Below are positions 38,481-52,601 of a stretch of 64,000 nt of DNA, one piece after another. The position numbers and the translations under genes were made by a program. The stretch is from Lytechinus pictus (lineage: Eukaryota), in the NCBI RefSeq assembly GCF_037042905.1, contig NC_087252.1, positions 18,912,001 to 18,976,000 of the forward strand. The letters run 5' to 3'. Positions within the stretch are counted from its first letter, which is position 1. Each line of letters opens with the position of its first letter. Under the pieces are notes generated by a model. That model did not search any database. It saw nothing but the letters and a program-made list of their open reading frames with translations, and was not told where the DNA came from.

Positions 38481-40585
38481 ATCAATTTGTTCATTGTTTG
38501 ATACACAGCAAAAACTGTGGTGTTAACTGGTGTACATAGAGGAACACACCAGTCATTTTACCCCGGTGTTAAATTGACAGTAGTGATGATGATGGGAATG
38601 ATGATGATAGGGGTGATGATCCCCATCATCATCATTATCATATAAATATATCATGTTTCCGCATGATAACTTATGGAATATTCAACAGATTTAAATAAAA
38701 ATTGGGTGTGTAGGTAGATGACATCAAAATACAGGCTAAGTTCAAATTCAAAGGTCAAAGGTCACAGCTCATTATATATGCAAGTTGGTTCAAAGGTCTC
38801 AATTTGTTCGTTGGTTGATACACAGCAAAAACTGTGGTGTTAACCGGTGTACATAGAGGAACACACCAGTCATTTTACCCCGGTGTTAAATTGACAGTAT
38901 TAGGTGTTATTACAACATTTTGGTTGTTACATTTAAAGTGGTGTTACATTCAATCTCTAGTGTGTTATTTTAGCACTCTAGTGTGTGGTCCTCTATAGAC
39001 ACCTACTGGTGTCAGGTTTAACACCACAGTTTTTACAGTGTAGCAAGTTGAAAATACAAAATTAATAGTGAGATGGTGCACCCGTGATACATGACAATTC
39101 CAGGTTTGTATGCCCCCACAGACGAAGTCCGCAGGGGGCATTAAGCGTTGCCCTTGTCCGTCCATCTGTCCGTCCCCCCACTTGGTTTCCAAGCAATAAC
39201 TCAAAATATATTTAATGGATTTCAAAACAGTTTGGTGTGTAGGTAGATGACACTAAAATACAGGCTAAGTTCGAATTCGGAGTCTGCAGGTCAAAGGTCG
39301 CAGCTCATTAAATATGCAAGTTGGTTTCCAGCTCATTAAATATGTAAGTTGGAGTCAGCATGTAGGTCAAAGGTCACATCTCATTAAATATGCGAGTTGG
39401 TTTCCGCGCAAAAACTCGAAAAATATTAAATGGATTAATTTTTTTTTGGTATGTAGGTAGATGACACCAAAATACAGGCAAAGTTTGAATTCGGAGACCG
39501 CTGTTCAAAGGTCACATCTCATTAAATATACGAATTTGTTTCATGATAACTTTGAAAGTTTATGGATCTGACTCATGAAACTTGGACATAAGAGTAATCA
39601 GGTATCACTAAACATCCTGTGCAAGTTTTAGGTCACATGTTCAAGGTCAATGAACTTTGGCCATGTTGGGGGTATTTATTGAATTACCATTATATCTCTG
39701 TAAGTGTATTGGTCTAGTTCATAAAACATGGACGTAAGAGTAACCAAGTATCACTGAACATCTTGTACGAGTTATAGTAGTTTTCAAAGTCAGCACTGCT
39801 GCTTTATTGAATCGCGTGATGCAGGTAAGACCGCCAGAGGCATTCCACTTGTTACTCTAATCTCGATATGCTCTCCAAATCATGAAGCAATGTAAATATT
39901 TTTATAACACTTTTCATTTGCTTTCATCCAACATACAGATTTAAGTTATCAGAACAAGGCATCATGACTGGAACATGAAGGCAAGCAATGCAGAGGACGA
40001 AAAATTATCTTTTATGGTGAACTCTGCGGACATCCCAATACTTTTTCAGATGCCCCCAGTTAAGTCAACAATGGAACTTTCCAAGAAGAGGGAAGAGGAC
40101 CTATGGAAAGATATCCGCCCATTTTTAGATGAGGAAGAGGTAGATCCTCTCAGCATGATCTGACCAATGCGGTGATGTCTTTTAAGGAAGGCGCACACCT
40201 TACGACCCGATTCGGCGTCACAGCTCTTGTCAGCTTGAGAGTCGCAGACCGGTCAGAGACAAGTCGCAAGGAAAACCGTAATGATGTCAAATCCTTATGA
40301 CTGAACGGCAGGCTCAATCCAACTTCCAACCAATCAGACAGCAGAGTTGCACGACGCGTATATGATATACAACATGCATACGCTGTACGTAGTAAGCGCT
40401 ATTTTCTCAGTTGCTATGGCAAAAAGCGCAGCATACGTGAGTCAAAGACAGCATAGCATGAAAGTCGGATCGCAAGGTGTGCGGTGTCAAGGCTTATGAC
40501 TACCATGCGATTTAAGCTTTGACACTGCACACCTTGCGATCCGACTACCATGCTGTCTGCTACTCACGCATGCAATATAAGGCCA

Positions 40586-40768
40586 GGGGGTGTTTCACAA
40601 AGATTTAAGTATGACTTAGAGTCGCACTTAAATGCCTCATTACGTGCGATATAAAAGGCATGACCGCATTGGTCAGGTCATGAGTAGAGGCAGAACACTA
40701 CTGCCTATTTGCGTTGGCATTTAAGTGCTACCTAAGTCATACTTAAATCGTTGTGAAACACCACCCTG
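40586..40768. mobile_element. Short palindromic MITE (PIF/Harbinger-like); a second, interrupted copy lies at about 41462-43325
   Basis: ggggtgtttcacaaagatttaagtatgactta ... taagtcatacttaaatcgttgtgaaacacc. Confidence 0.7.
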
Positions 40769-41539
40769 GTTACATTGTAAAGCCAGGTTACACTACAAGT
40801 TGTTTCAATTTTAAGCCAAGTTACTATTTAATGTTGGGTTACATTACAAGGCAAGACTACATTATCAGGCCATGTTACACTTGTAGTCAGGTTACACTAT
40901 AAGGTCAGTGGTGTTTCACAAAGCTTTTCATGTGACTCTTACATGATATGCAACATGAATCTTTTTTTATCAATACCGTACGCAGTAGTGCGAGTCCTCT
41001 CAGCATGATCTGACCAATGCAGTGATGTCTTTTATACTGCATGCAAGTAGGCCAAGATTACACTAAAAGATCAGGATACCTTCTAAAGTCTGGTTATATA
41101 CGCTTTAAAGAAGGTAAATCTTTAAAGCAGGTTAAATTATTAGGAGAGGTTACACAATAAGCACATGAATCACACTTAAAAGGTCTATGGAAGCCACTTG
41201 ACTTTTCAATTGTAGGTTACATTATAAGGCAAGGTTACACAATAAGCATAGGTATCACATTATCAGGCAACTCAGGCTAGATTACACTAAAAGATCAGGT
41301 TACATTTTAAAGCCAGGTTTAAAGCAAGGTTACTGTTTTAAGAAGTTAACTCTTTGCAGGTTAAACTATAAGGCCAGGTTACACAATAAGCACAGGTATC
41401 ACACTTTAAAGCCTATCAAAGCCAGATTACTTTTTAATTCCATGTTACATTATATAGGCCAGGGGGTGTTTCACAAAGATTTAATTATGACTTAGAGTTG
41501 CACTTAAATGCTTAGTTTTGCACGGTATAAAAGCCATGA

Positions 41540-43177
41540 CCAACGAACGTAGAGGGCAGCAACACCCGACAGTGTTGCTTTTAGGAAGGTCCACTCGATA
41601 CGCGCATACAAATGAAGTGCGCGCACAATTTGGTAGGCATGCCAACGAAACCATGAACCGACGCCATACATTCAGAGATTAATAACAAAATAGAGGTAAA
41701 ATAACAGATTATGACAAGACTAAATCCCAAAAATAGAAATATAAAAATATAAAAACAATTGAAAAAAAATGTACCACATTTCAAAATTAAAAATATTACC
41801 AGATTATTGTATTTTGTTTTTTTAATTCTTCAGTAAACAGGATTGATTATGCCATCAAATAAACCAATCTGCTAATTTCACCCTGATTTAGTCAAGCTCA
41901 TTTTGTGACCGCTATTAAGCTCCGCCCCTCACTCAGCGCACTTTTTTAGTAAATTGTAGAGTTGATTTTTTGTTATTTCCTCATTTTCAACATTTTTACT
42001 TGATAGACTTTTACAGCAAAAAGCACGCATAAAAATATTCAATATTTATTTCTGTATTTTTCCTAAAATATTACGTGGTGGTGAAAACAATTTCATGACT
42101 TTCGCATATCAACATGATAACAAATATACGTGAGGTTGAACATTCTTCATCTATGTTTCGCTGCACCACATTAATGCGCCTACACAATCCAGCAACAGTG
42201 CCATCGCTTGAGTTCATGCGCCATGGCTGACCACGCCAGCGCCCCGGCCGGCCGGTCGATGCGGAGGTAGGATACGGTTGGCTGGTATTTGTGCATGCTA
42301 ATTGCACAAATTAGGATGAAATTATGGAATGAAAAAAGTAGCTGTGACATATACCTTCGTCTCTTGATAGTTCACAAGTCAAGGCCCGTCAAAACATATA
42401 TGGCTCGATACTGGACCAGATAACTTTGGTCTGTTAATTAGGTCTAAATTTAGACTAGGACTTACCTGGGCTTGAGCTTGACTGGTGGCCGTATTCTAGC
42501 TCTGCCTGATGTCTTGCAAAAAAGTTGGGTCGGATTCGTGGATATCGATTAATTCTTTTATACTTTCAGACTCCGATCTACACTGTAGGGGAAATTCGGA
42601 TCCTAACCTTGAACATTTATCGTCGCAACTGGCTGTTAGTGCCACATCAATGACAGATTAAGTCCATATCCTTCAAGTCCATATCTGGCTAAGTCGAGTA
42701 GCGTCTAGATATCCTGCCAGTCCTGCTAGTGCGGCCAGCATTGCATTTGCGCAGTACGCGCACCGATGTGTCCCGGAAGTTTCGGCGCGGCTATGCCAGA
42801 AGATCAAGGTATTGGCTCTCGTGTTGGCTGGTGTAGCTTTGTAGGGGCAGCGAAATTAAGCAGAAAAACGGTAATTCAATGTCATCAGACTATGTATGTT
42901 TATTGATGTGCAAACTACAAGAATCATGATAACGTTTTGTCTTACTTTTTTCAAAAAATAAATGAATGATTATAAAAGAATATTTAACATTATTTCGTGG
43001 AGTTTTCAGTATATATAAAAAATAGTAAAATTGAACAAACGAAAAAAAATCAACTCTACAATCTACCAAAAAAGTGCGCTGAGTGAGGGGCGGGGCTTAA
43101 GTCGTCACAAAATCTGAGCGGAGTGGACCTTCCTAAAAGCAACACTGCCGTGTGTTGCTGCCCTCTACGTTCGTTGG
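41540..43177. mobile_element. Non-autonomous TIR element with 6-bp TSD CCATGA (superfamily unassigned)
   Basis: ccatga|CCAACGAACGTAGAGGGCAGCAACAC ... GTGTTGCTGCCCTCTACGTTCGTTGG|ccatga. Confidence 0.9.
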
Positions 43178-43354
43178 CCATGACCGCATTGCGCATTGGT
43201 TCAATCATGCAAAGAGGACGCGCACTATTGCGTATTGATGAATTAGATTGCGCGTTGCATTTCAGATACGCGTCAGCATTTAAGTGCGATTTAAGTCATA
43301 CTTAAATCTTTGTGAAACACCCCCCAGGTTACGTTGACCATATTTCAGTTTGAA

Positions 43355-44549
43355 CCAACGAACGTAGAGGGCAGCAACACACAAGCGTGTTGCTCTAAGG
43401 AAGGTCAACTCCGCTCGAATTTTGTGACCACTCTAAAAAATAAGGTGGGTTTTGGGAAATTTGTCGAGTTGATTTTTTTTCATTTGTTAATTTTAAATAT
43501 TTTTTAATGAACAATTATTAGATCGGTTATTCTGGGTATAAATATTAAATATATTACTTTTATTTTTAAAGAAAATATTTAGCTTAAATAATCATGATTT
43601 GGACATTTTTCCTCATTTTGGAATATTAAGTCTATAACGAGGATACCTCATATCTCTTATTTTCTTCTGCTGAATTTCGCTGCACCACTAATAAATGCAT
43701 AGACAACCACCGTAATAATCGAGGTCATTTTTCTGGCCTGGGTGCGCCGAGTCTGGGCCGGTCGCGCAGATAGCTAGTGACGTTGATGATGCGCTGGGGC
43801 TTCAGGCGACTCGTCATAGACCTTCTAGCAACAAAAACAATGACGTCCAATTTGCCTAGTCTGATTTGAAGTGCAATTGCTTCAGGGCTGATGTTTATCA
43901 ACGATGGTTGTTCAAGGTTAGATTTCAAATTTTTAATTTCATTCGACTTTTAAATCTATAAATCTGAAATAAAGGCGCTGTTTCCCCGAAATCCGGGTCT
44001 AAATTTCAACTTCGAGTCCGAGACTATGGACGGCGAAAAAACCCCATGCATCGGATGCATTGCATTGGCTGCGCGCTGCGCTGCAGCTGCACTGTGATGA
44101 TGGGTACGGTTCAGCGAAGAGCTCGGAGAAAATAAGGTGGTCATATTCAATCCCGAAATGCTTTGCGAGTGGTCACAAAATCGTCTCGACGCAAATCACC
44201 TAATACAGCCGTCTGGTGAAATCGCTGATAACAACAATCACCGATTTGGTAATGATTTAGTTTCTAAAACTTATATTTGTAAAGTTTTAAATATCAACGT
44301 ATGTTTTTAAATGTATGTATATTCTCCAACATAATTTTTTAATGTTATCTTTGATATCGTTGTAGTCATATTCTTTCATATTGTTTTCATGATCGCTACT
44401 AATTTGTTGTTGTATTGGATCGGCGTATGATTTCGTTGTCATAAATGATAAAATATGCGCGTAGCTCAGCTGCATGCGCGTATCGAGTTGACCTTCCTTA
44501 GAGCAACACGCTTACACGCTTGTGTGTTGCTGCCCTCTACGTTCGTTGG
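43355..44549. mobile_element. Second element with the same 26-bp TIR, 6-bp TSD TTTGAA
   Basis: tttgaa|CCAACGAACGTAGAGGGCAGCAACAC ... CGTTCGTTGG|tttgaa. Confidence 0.9.
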
Positions 44550-44743
44550 TTTGAACCTACTCACTCTTTAATGTTGGGTTACATTACAAGGCAAGACTAC
44601 ATTATCAGGCCATGTTAACCTTTTAGTCAGGTTACACTATAAGGTCAGGGGTGTTTCACAAAGATTTTATTATGACTCTTACATGACATGCAACGTGAAT
44701 CTTTTTTATCAATACCGTACGCAGTAGTGCGAGTCCTCTCAGC

Positions 44744-47700
44744 GTCATTTACCTCACTTCGAGTTCTGTTTTAATCTGTAATTTTCATAGTTTTGGATCA
44801 TGACTGTGCCCTTTACTGAGCTGCAACTGTGTGACTGCCATTTTCTAACGTTTTGAGTGATATTTTGTCAACGTCTTGTACTATTTTGTGCTAACATGGA
44901 TCTTTAGATGCAAGTTCGTTTGTGTCTAATTTTTCATCTTGCTCATATCGCTCACTGTATAGTACACTTGAACTCTCCCGCCAGTGTCGCCGGCTTTGAA
45001 AGCCAACGACCCCTGCATTTATTTACTGAATGTGACTATAAAGTACCCAGGAGATCAGTTTACATGTATAGTACTGATGAATTATATCGCTTGCGCTCAA
45101 ATAATGTTCCTATTCATGAACATGTTCTAGCGACAATCCAAGAATTAGGAATATCAAGGATAAGAAAACGTAAGCGTGGATGTCGTGGAGGTCGTCGAGT
45201 TCGACGCCCTATATGCACTGTCATTGGAAATCGTCCATTCCCTGAACGCTACGAACTACGACCAAGGTATCTAGTCAATATTAATAGGACCAGTAATTTA
45301 GGACCCCATTTACCATCATTTGATCTATGCAATGCCCAATCCTTACAACATAAACTTGATGAATTGCATGCTACTGTTTCTAATCTTGATGTCGACATTA
45401 TTGCCGCCACTGAGACATGGTTTAAGATAAATACACCATTGGAGTACATATCATTGCCAGGCTTTATGACATTTTCAAAACCCAGATGTACATGTAATAG
45501 GTCGGGAGGAGGGGTGGCCTGTTATATGAAACCTGAGCTCAAACCTAAGCCTGTCTCTTTATTTCAACCCCCTGGTCATCTTGAGGTGATATGGACTCAA
45601 TGCCGACCACGTCGTTTACCTCGAGGTATTTCGTCTCTCTTTGTGGCAGTGATCTACTATCCACAACCGGACAATGAAGATGCTACTCAATTGATTGAAC
45701 ATATGTAATTCGCAGTAGATCAGATTATGACAAAACATCCAGAAGCAGGTATAGTTCTGTTGGGGGATTTTAACTTGCTTGACTTGAATCCTTTTCTTTG
45801 TGACGCTAAATTTCGTCAAGTCGTTAACAAGCCAACCAGAGGTGAACGGACGCTGGACAATATCATTACCAATTTATATAGCAGATACAATGAACCGAAC
45901 ATCCTCGCACCTCTTGGTCGAAGCGATCACTCAAGCGTTTACTGGACTTTTAATGAACTTGTTCCCAACACAAATAAGCTATCCGTAAGAACATCACGCC
46001 CAATGAAAGATAGTGATGTGAGGGCATTTGGACAATGGATCCTTAATCATAATTGGGACGAGGTTAATAACTAAGATCGTGTTTCTGAACAGTGCACCCA
46101 ATTCTACTCTACACTGAATTCGGCCATTGAAAAATACTTTCCTCTTCGTAAAGTTAAGCTCCATCCCACAGATAAATGCTGGATGACGCCATACATCAAA
46201 ACACTAATAAATGCTAGACAAAAAGCGTTTAAGAAGGGGGACAAGGTCGCATCTGCTCGCTACAAAAACCAGCTTTCACGAGCAATTAATGATGCGAAAC
46301 GGTCATTCTATTCTAATAGAATTCAGAACTTGAAAAGGGAGGATCCGGCTGGCTGGTACCGTGGGATCCGTAAAATGACGTCAAATGACCCCCAGCCAAT
46401 AACAATAACTGTACCTAACGTTGAACCTGACAACGAGTTTGAGATTGCTCAGCGCATCAATGGATGTTCTGCCGCCTATTCTGCTGACAACCGCTTGATC
46501 GTAGATTGCTACCCTCCTACTTACCTTTTCGTCATCCTGTACCACTTGTACAGCCATGGGAGGTGCACAGGCAACTAAAAACGATAAATCAATCACGAGC
46601 TGGTGGACCCGATGAAGTAAATGCCCGCATCATCAAGAAATTCGCTTATGAACTCAGCATGCCTATTTCCACAATCATCAACAGTTCCTTTTCGTGTGGA
46701 ACTTTCCCTGATGTATGGAAGAAAGCCACGATCACACCGGTGTCGAAATCGTCACCTACTACATTAGACAGCATCAGGCCAATTTCCCTCACTGATCATG
46801 TTGCGAAAGTGGCTGAGAGTTTTCTTGCAAAGTGGACACTTGAAGATATGAAGCCTTTCATTGATCAACATCAGTTTGGAAATCGACGAGGCATGTCAAC
46901 TTCGCACTGCCTCATCAGTCTCTTGCATGGAATCTACACTAATGCCGATAGGCCGAAGTCGTCATCCACCCTCGTCCTAACAGACTTTGCAAAGGCTTTC
47001 GACCACGTGGACCATGGGCTTGCAATTCGTAAATTGCTTGAACTCAATGTTCGCCCTTGCGTAGTGGAGCTGATAGGTGATTTTCTCAGCAACAGACAAC
47101 AACGTGTTCGCTATAAACGTCAACTCTCTGACTGGACTTCAACAAATGGAGGTGTCCCCCAGGGGACCAAACTAGGCCCGATTATTTTCTTGGCCATGAT
47201 TAACGATGCATGTAATAATCTTGGGCCTATTTCTCCTAATGTCTGTGTATACAAGTATGTTGATGATCTGTCACTGGTAGAGTATCGTGGTAAAGAGCAA
47301 AGACCTGCTATCCAAGCGGCAGTTGGCAGTCTCTGTGAATGGTCTCACACAAACAAAATGAACCTTAATCCAAAGAAATGTCAAACCATTGAGTTTTGTG
47401 TTACAAGGAATCCAACACCTCCCCCATTAGTCAGAGTTGGAAACGAATTACTCCATCAGGCTGAATGTGTCAAACTCTTGGGTGTGCACATTCAAAGTAA
47501 CCTGAAATGGAGTACACACATTTCTGAAATTCTCAAAAGTGCCAACCGCAAGCTCTACATGCTACGTCTCCTGAAGAAGTTTGCCCTCCAACCCTCTGAT
47601 CTTCTCACCATATATACTTGCTATGTGAGACCAGTCACAGAGTACGCGGCCCCCGTTTGGAATGCCGGGATCACCAAGGAGGAAGCAAGAAAACCTGAGT

Positions 47701-48795
47701 CGATACAAAAGCGAGCCCTACGAGTTGTATTAGGTGAAAGCTATATATCTTACGAGCAGGCACTTTTTGTTCTCAAACTGCCTTCGCTTGCTGATCGACG
47801 CAAGGCATTGTCTCTCTCATTCGCGAAGGACCTGGTGAAGCCAACATCCCATTTCCGCCATCTCTTGCCAACCAGAGACTCAAATATCCGATCGACAAGG
47901 CATTCTAGACCATACACACAACTTAGATTCAGGACAAACAGATTAAGAGACAGTGCAATCCCATATCTTGGAAATCTATTGAATAATTTATAATCATTTA
48001 CACACCTAACTGAATGTTTCCACTGACTGTTCCCAAATTTTTTCTATTGTAACGTACATTATTTTGATATTCATATTTTGTTTATTTTGATTTATACATA
48101 GGTAAATACAAGTAATTATCTCCAAGAACTCACCTGTTTTATATATCCTCTTTTAATAAAACTACTCGTGTACTTCTTTTTTAATCAAAATACTCCTTTA
48201 TGACAAAATATTATTTCATTATGACAAATCATACCTACCTGGATAATTTCATACTTATTTCCTCCATAAACAGTACTTGAATGCCAAACAATGCTAAATG
48301 ATGTTACCCAAGATGCCATTTTCCGTAATTGTTGAACTGTTCTGAATTCCTTTCGTTGCACTGACTTAGAAACATATATTCCAATATGATCTGTTTCTTC
48401 CTTAGTTTTTCATTTGTTTTATTATAATTACTATTTCCGATAATTTTTTTTTCATATTTGTTAAATACCCAATCTCTTTAACTTTGTTCCTGTCTCTCTC
48501 CCTCTCTTCCTCTTATTTCATTTTGTCTTGCTTTCTAACAATGTTCTCACTACATGTACTTCATTCTACCTCTGAGGCGTCCTTCTCATATGCTGGGTAT
48601 TTCAATTACTTTCATATTTATGTATAATTATTTTTTAGAATAATTTCATTTTGATATTTGCCTATTTTATAATAAGTTGTATATTTTTTATATGTCTGTA
48701 TATGCCATCTGTAAACTGAATGTAATTCAGCCTTTGGCTGCTATTTTCAGTGAATATTTGAAATAAATAAACAATTCAATCAATCAATCAAAATC
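44744..48795 (+). mobile_element. Apparently full-length single-ORF CR1-group LINE (Rex1/Babar-like); ORF 44908-47993 broken by stops and a frameshift
   Basis: APE motifs TETW, GGGVA, GDFN and SDH; RT motifs RPISL, DFAKAFD, GVPQGT and YVDD; AATAAA followed by an (AATC)n tail; splits the host repeat ctctcagc|atgatctgaccaatg. Confidence 0.95.
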
Positions 48796-48856
48796 ATGAT
48801 CTGACCAATGCGGTGATGTCTAGTAGGCCCAGATTACACTAAAAGATCAGGATAAT

Positions 48857-50275
48857 TGTCACAATCTTGATTATTTTCCCCTATGCTTTGCCGACAGTCT
48901 GATTTGGTAGTCTAGTTGGGCAGCCTTTATAATGATAATTAGATTCCTTTCTGGGGTGGTATGTAGACCTCCTGTATATTGCAATGCTAGGCATGCACTT
49001 CATGTGTTTTCTTTTGTATTCTTGGCTTGACTGATTCTGCTATGTTGTAATTCAGAGTGATTTAATCAGTCTGCAGCCAGCTCTCCTCCTGAGAGGACCT
49101 GTTTTACGAGCTGGTGTAGCTCCGGGTAGCCACACCCGTTATACCCCTTTAGGTGTTAACAAGATTTGCTGACAGTAAGTTACTTTTATTTTGACAAGTT
49201 TATATAATAAATATAGTGAACCAGTTGACTTTATTGCCACAATATAAAAGGCATTTCTCTTATTTAATATAAAATATCAAAATTATTTAACATGTTATTT
49301 AGCTTGTGAGCTTTTGCTTTTGAAAGGACATTTACTCCTTAAGAGTAGGAAGTGTAATTTTGTTTTATGTTTTAAGAGCATTGGCATGTCTTACATTTAT
49401 AATAGAAGAAGTGCTTGCAGATATATGATATTTTTATGCCTCTAACTCATGCATTATTGAATTGATTGATTAAGAGTCATATAGGAGTTTTATATAGATT
49501 AGGGCGTGGCCTTTAAACTTATGCCACTGCTAAGTTGATACTTTAATATAGACCCTATGTATTCTTATAAATATTGGGTGTCTCCTTTTTCAGGCGGCCG
49601 TTACGTTACATTACATTACGCCACGTTACGGTGTTTTCCTACCACATTATTGGTCTTCCGGGTTACGACATTACAATATTTCTACAAACAGAAGTGTACG
49701 GCACTTCATATATTCCAAACAAGGTACATCTAGCGTTCCATAGACGTCTTCAGTTCGTCGCCCCATCTACGGAGAACTGTATCAACGTTAACATTGACTA
49801 TTGTTCTGCGGTAGCTCTCGGGGAGCTAGTCCTTCAAGTTCCACTTCAAGATTCTTCAAACCTCCGAAGTTTTAGTGACTGTTTTGAAGAGACATTTAGA
49901 ACACTTTACAGCTTCAACGGTATCCTTATAATATAAATAACACTCGCGACGTAATATTAATTTTGGGTTAAGAGAGGGAGCTTTTTTTTTTTGTAATTTG
50001 GCATTTGCCATTGTGATTTTCTATTGATTTACACTTGTACAAGGCTCTGATTTGTAATTTTGTTATGAAAGGATTCAGTGATTTTTTTAAAATAAAGTTT
50101 ATTTAAACTTTATTTGATGGCTGCTCTCTAATTCTTGAGTCATTTGTGAATTGTGGGTGGTCAAGCAACCCGGTATTTAGATTTTTAATGAGTCGACACA
50201 ATTGCCTCTGAACTTAAGTTTTTGACCTGAATTTATTTAGGGTAAAAATCCATTCTTCAAAGTTAATTCGTGACA
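48857..50275 (+). mobile_element. Probable solo LTR (1.42 kb)
   Basis: TGTCAC...GTGACA termini, internal AATAAA near 50092, imperfect TSD ataat/atacat; interrupts the host repeat aagatcagg|atacattttaaagccagg. Confidence 0.65.
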
Positions 50276-50828
50276 ATACATTTTAAAGCCAGGTTTAAAG
50301 CAAGGTTACTGTTTTAAGAAGTCAACTCTTCGCAGGTTAAACTATAAGGCCATATATATATATATATACACAATAAGCACGGGTTTCAAACTTTAAAGTC
50401 TATTAACAAAGCTAGATTAATTTTTAATTTCAGGTTATATTGTAAGGCCCGGTTATAAGTTGTTTCAATTTTAAGCCAAGTTACTATTTAATGCAAGCTC
50501 ACATTACAAGGCCAGGCTATATTATCAGGCCATGTTACACCTTAATTCCAGAAGCTACTGCTATATCATACTTTGTTCTTGTCTTAAAAGTCTTCAGATT
50601 ACTAAAAAATAGTGGTCATAAAACTGTCTGGGAGTTATTCTTAATTTTATACCTAAAAAGCCATTTGTGACTTTGAGGATTTTTTTCACTCTTATTTTTT
50701 GGGGGATGTTTTTTACAAAAACATCACGCTGATCATTTCATGACATGAATGCAAGCAAGAATAAAACCTGCAAAATAAACATTTCTAATTATATGCATTC
50801 TAATTTTATATGAATTAAACAAGGATCA

Positions 50829-51062
50829 ATAGACCGGTTTACTAACATATTCAAATTTTATGCAACCAGTTTAACAAAGGTTGCTTTTAACAACCGGAAA
50901 GCTTGCCTGATATTTGCCGAAAATAGCAACAACTAATGTATGCAAAGTGGATTCCAAGTATTGAAATACCATTAATAGGTACAGGTTAATATGATAACTC
51001 GTTACTAGGCCCCGATGGAAGAAACATCCATAAATTTGACTATATTAGTAAACCGGTCTATT
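50829..51062. mobile_element. Small MITE
   Basis: aatagaccggtttactaa ... ttagtaaaccggtctatt inverted ends. Confidence 0.75.
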
Positions 51063-52601
51063 TCAGGGCGTCACTGGTACCTATCTCCTGTTGGTGGCGA
51101 GCTGCTCATTGTTGGAAAGTGAACATTGCGCGTTGGATCTCAAATCAAATGTTTTTTATTAGAATATCTCTTTTACAGTTTTATTGATCAAATTTGTATA
51201 TATCCAATATATAGTATTCCTCTGGTAATTATGGAGTCAGAAGACATGGAACTGTTATTATTTTGGCTATATAGATCCATAATGTTTTGGATATTCATGT
51301 TTGTGCAATCATCAATTTCAGGTTTCTGAATGTATCAGGATTGGGTTCTGGCTTTGTGGTCGAGGATTTGGCTTTGCGTCCCACCCCCACCCACAAACAA
51401 CAATATATACTTGACTTGCCATATTATTGTATTTTAATAACTCGGGTATATGATTTTTTTTGTATTCTAAGAATTTTATGTCGTATATATAATGCTTTTG
51501 TCTAGTTTTGTTTTTAGGAGTTTCACAGAGTATTCATTTGCTTTATACTTCGCTTTATTTTGCTGCTTTGTTCTCCTTAACAAGATATCTATAGCATCAT
51601 TTTGCTAGTACGTTTGTTTCTTTTGATTGCTCTTTCTTTTATGTACATATATTTTATAGAAACAGGCCCACTCCACCTCAAGTAAAAGGTTGTCTTGTAC
51701 ACATCGGGATGTGGCCTTCTAATCTAAATTGTTTGGTCTCCCTTATGGTATGAGATATATGGAGTTTAATTTAAAATATTATTTGAATAGTTTTGTGGAG
51801 TAGAGTTTTTGTTACCCATACAGATAACATGACTTTTGTCTTTCTTAATCTAAGAGTTTTATGAAGTATATTGACGACTAGATTTGCTTCACATCTCAGT
51901 GTATTTTGTTGATTTTTTCTTCAATAAAGTTACATCAGCACTTTATATGCACATGTGTTTCTTGAGTGCTTTATGTACTGTATCTTAAGCTTATTATAAT
52001 GACTTACATTCATTCATTTTATAATGTTTAAGCCTGGTGATGCTTCAGTTACTTGATGTATGTCAAATTCATAGATGCCTTGAAATTAATGTTGGGGTGT
52101 TGCATGCAAATATTTGCGATCAATTGCAAATTTATGATGCAAATTTACAAGTAATAGATCAATTTAAACTAAAGCAAATCAATTTATACTTGTTGATGGA
52201 AAAAGCAGGCCATCAGTCAGTTGCAAATTTGCAATGAAATGCATGAATTTCAGTTGATTTTGGGACCTGAAATTGACTCGCGATCAATTGCAAGTTTCTT
52301 GCAACATCCCATAAGAGTACAGAATATATGAATAATGTGTGTGAGCACCAGCACTGGTATGAGGCAAGTAAAAGTATTGTGGAAATATGAAGATGTGACG
52401 AATATGAGAAAAGATGAGCATGAGAAGACTGAAAAACATCTAAAATTATCTTTGAACCAGGACTTCGATTTAGCTAATTTATAGAGAAATGCTATGCACT
52501 GAGGCCAAAAATCAAAAGAAATTAAGAAAATGATATCTTTGCAGATCTTGCTTTTCTTCTTTTACAAATAAACAATTTTTACCAAAGAGTTTTCCTTATG
52601 A

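Noticed and set aside
37944..38539. Asp/Gly-rich, Met-rich or poly-His proteins
   Set aside because: Multiple frames are open only because of a simple GAT/GGG repeat; no splice or start context
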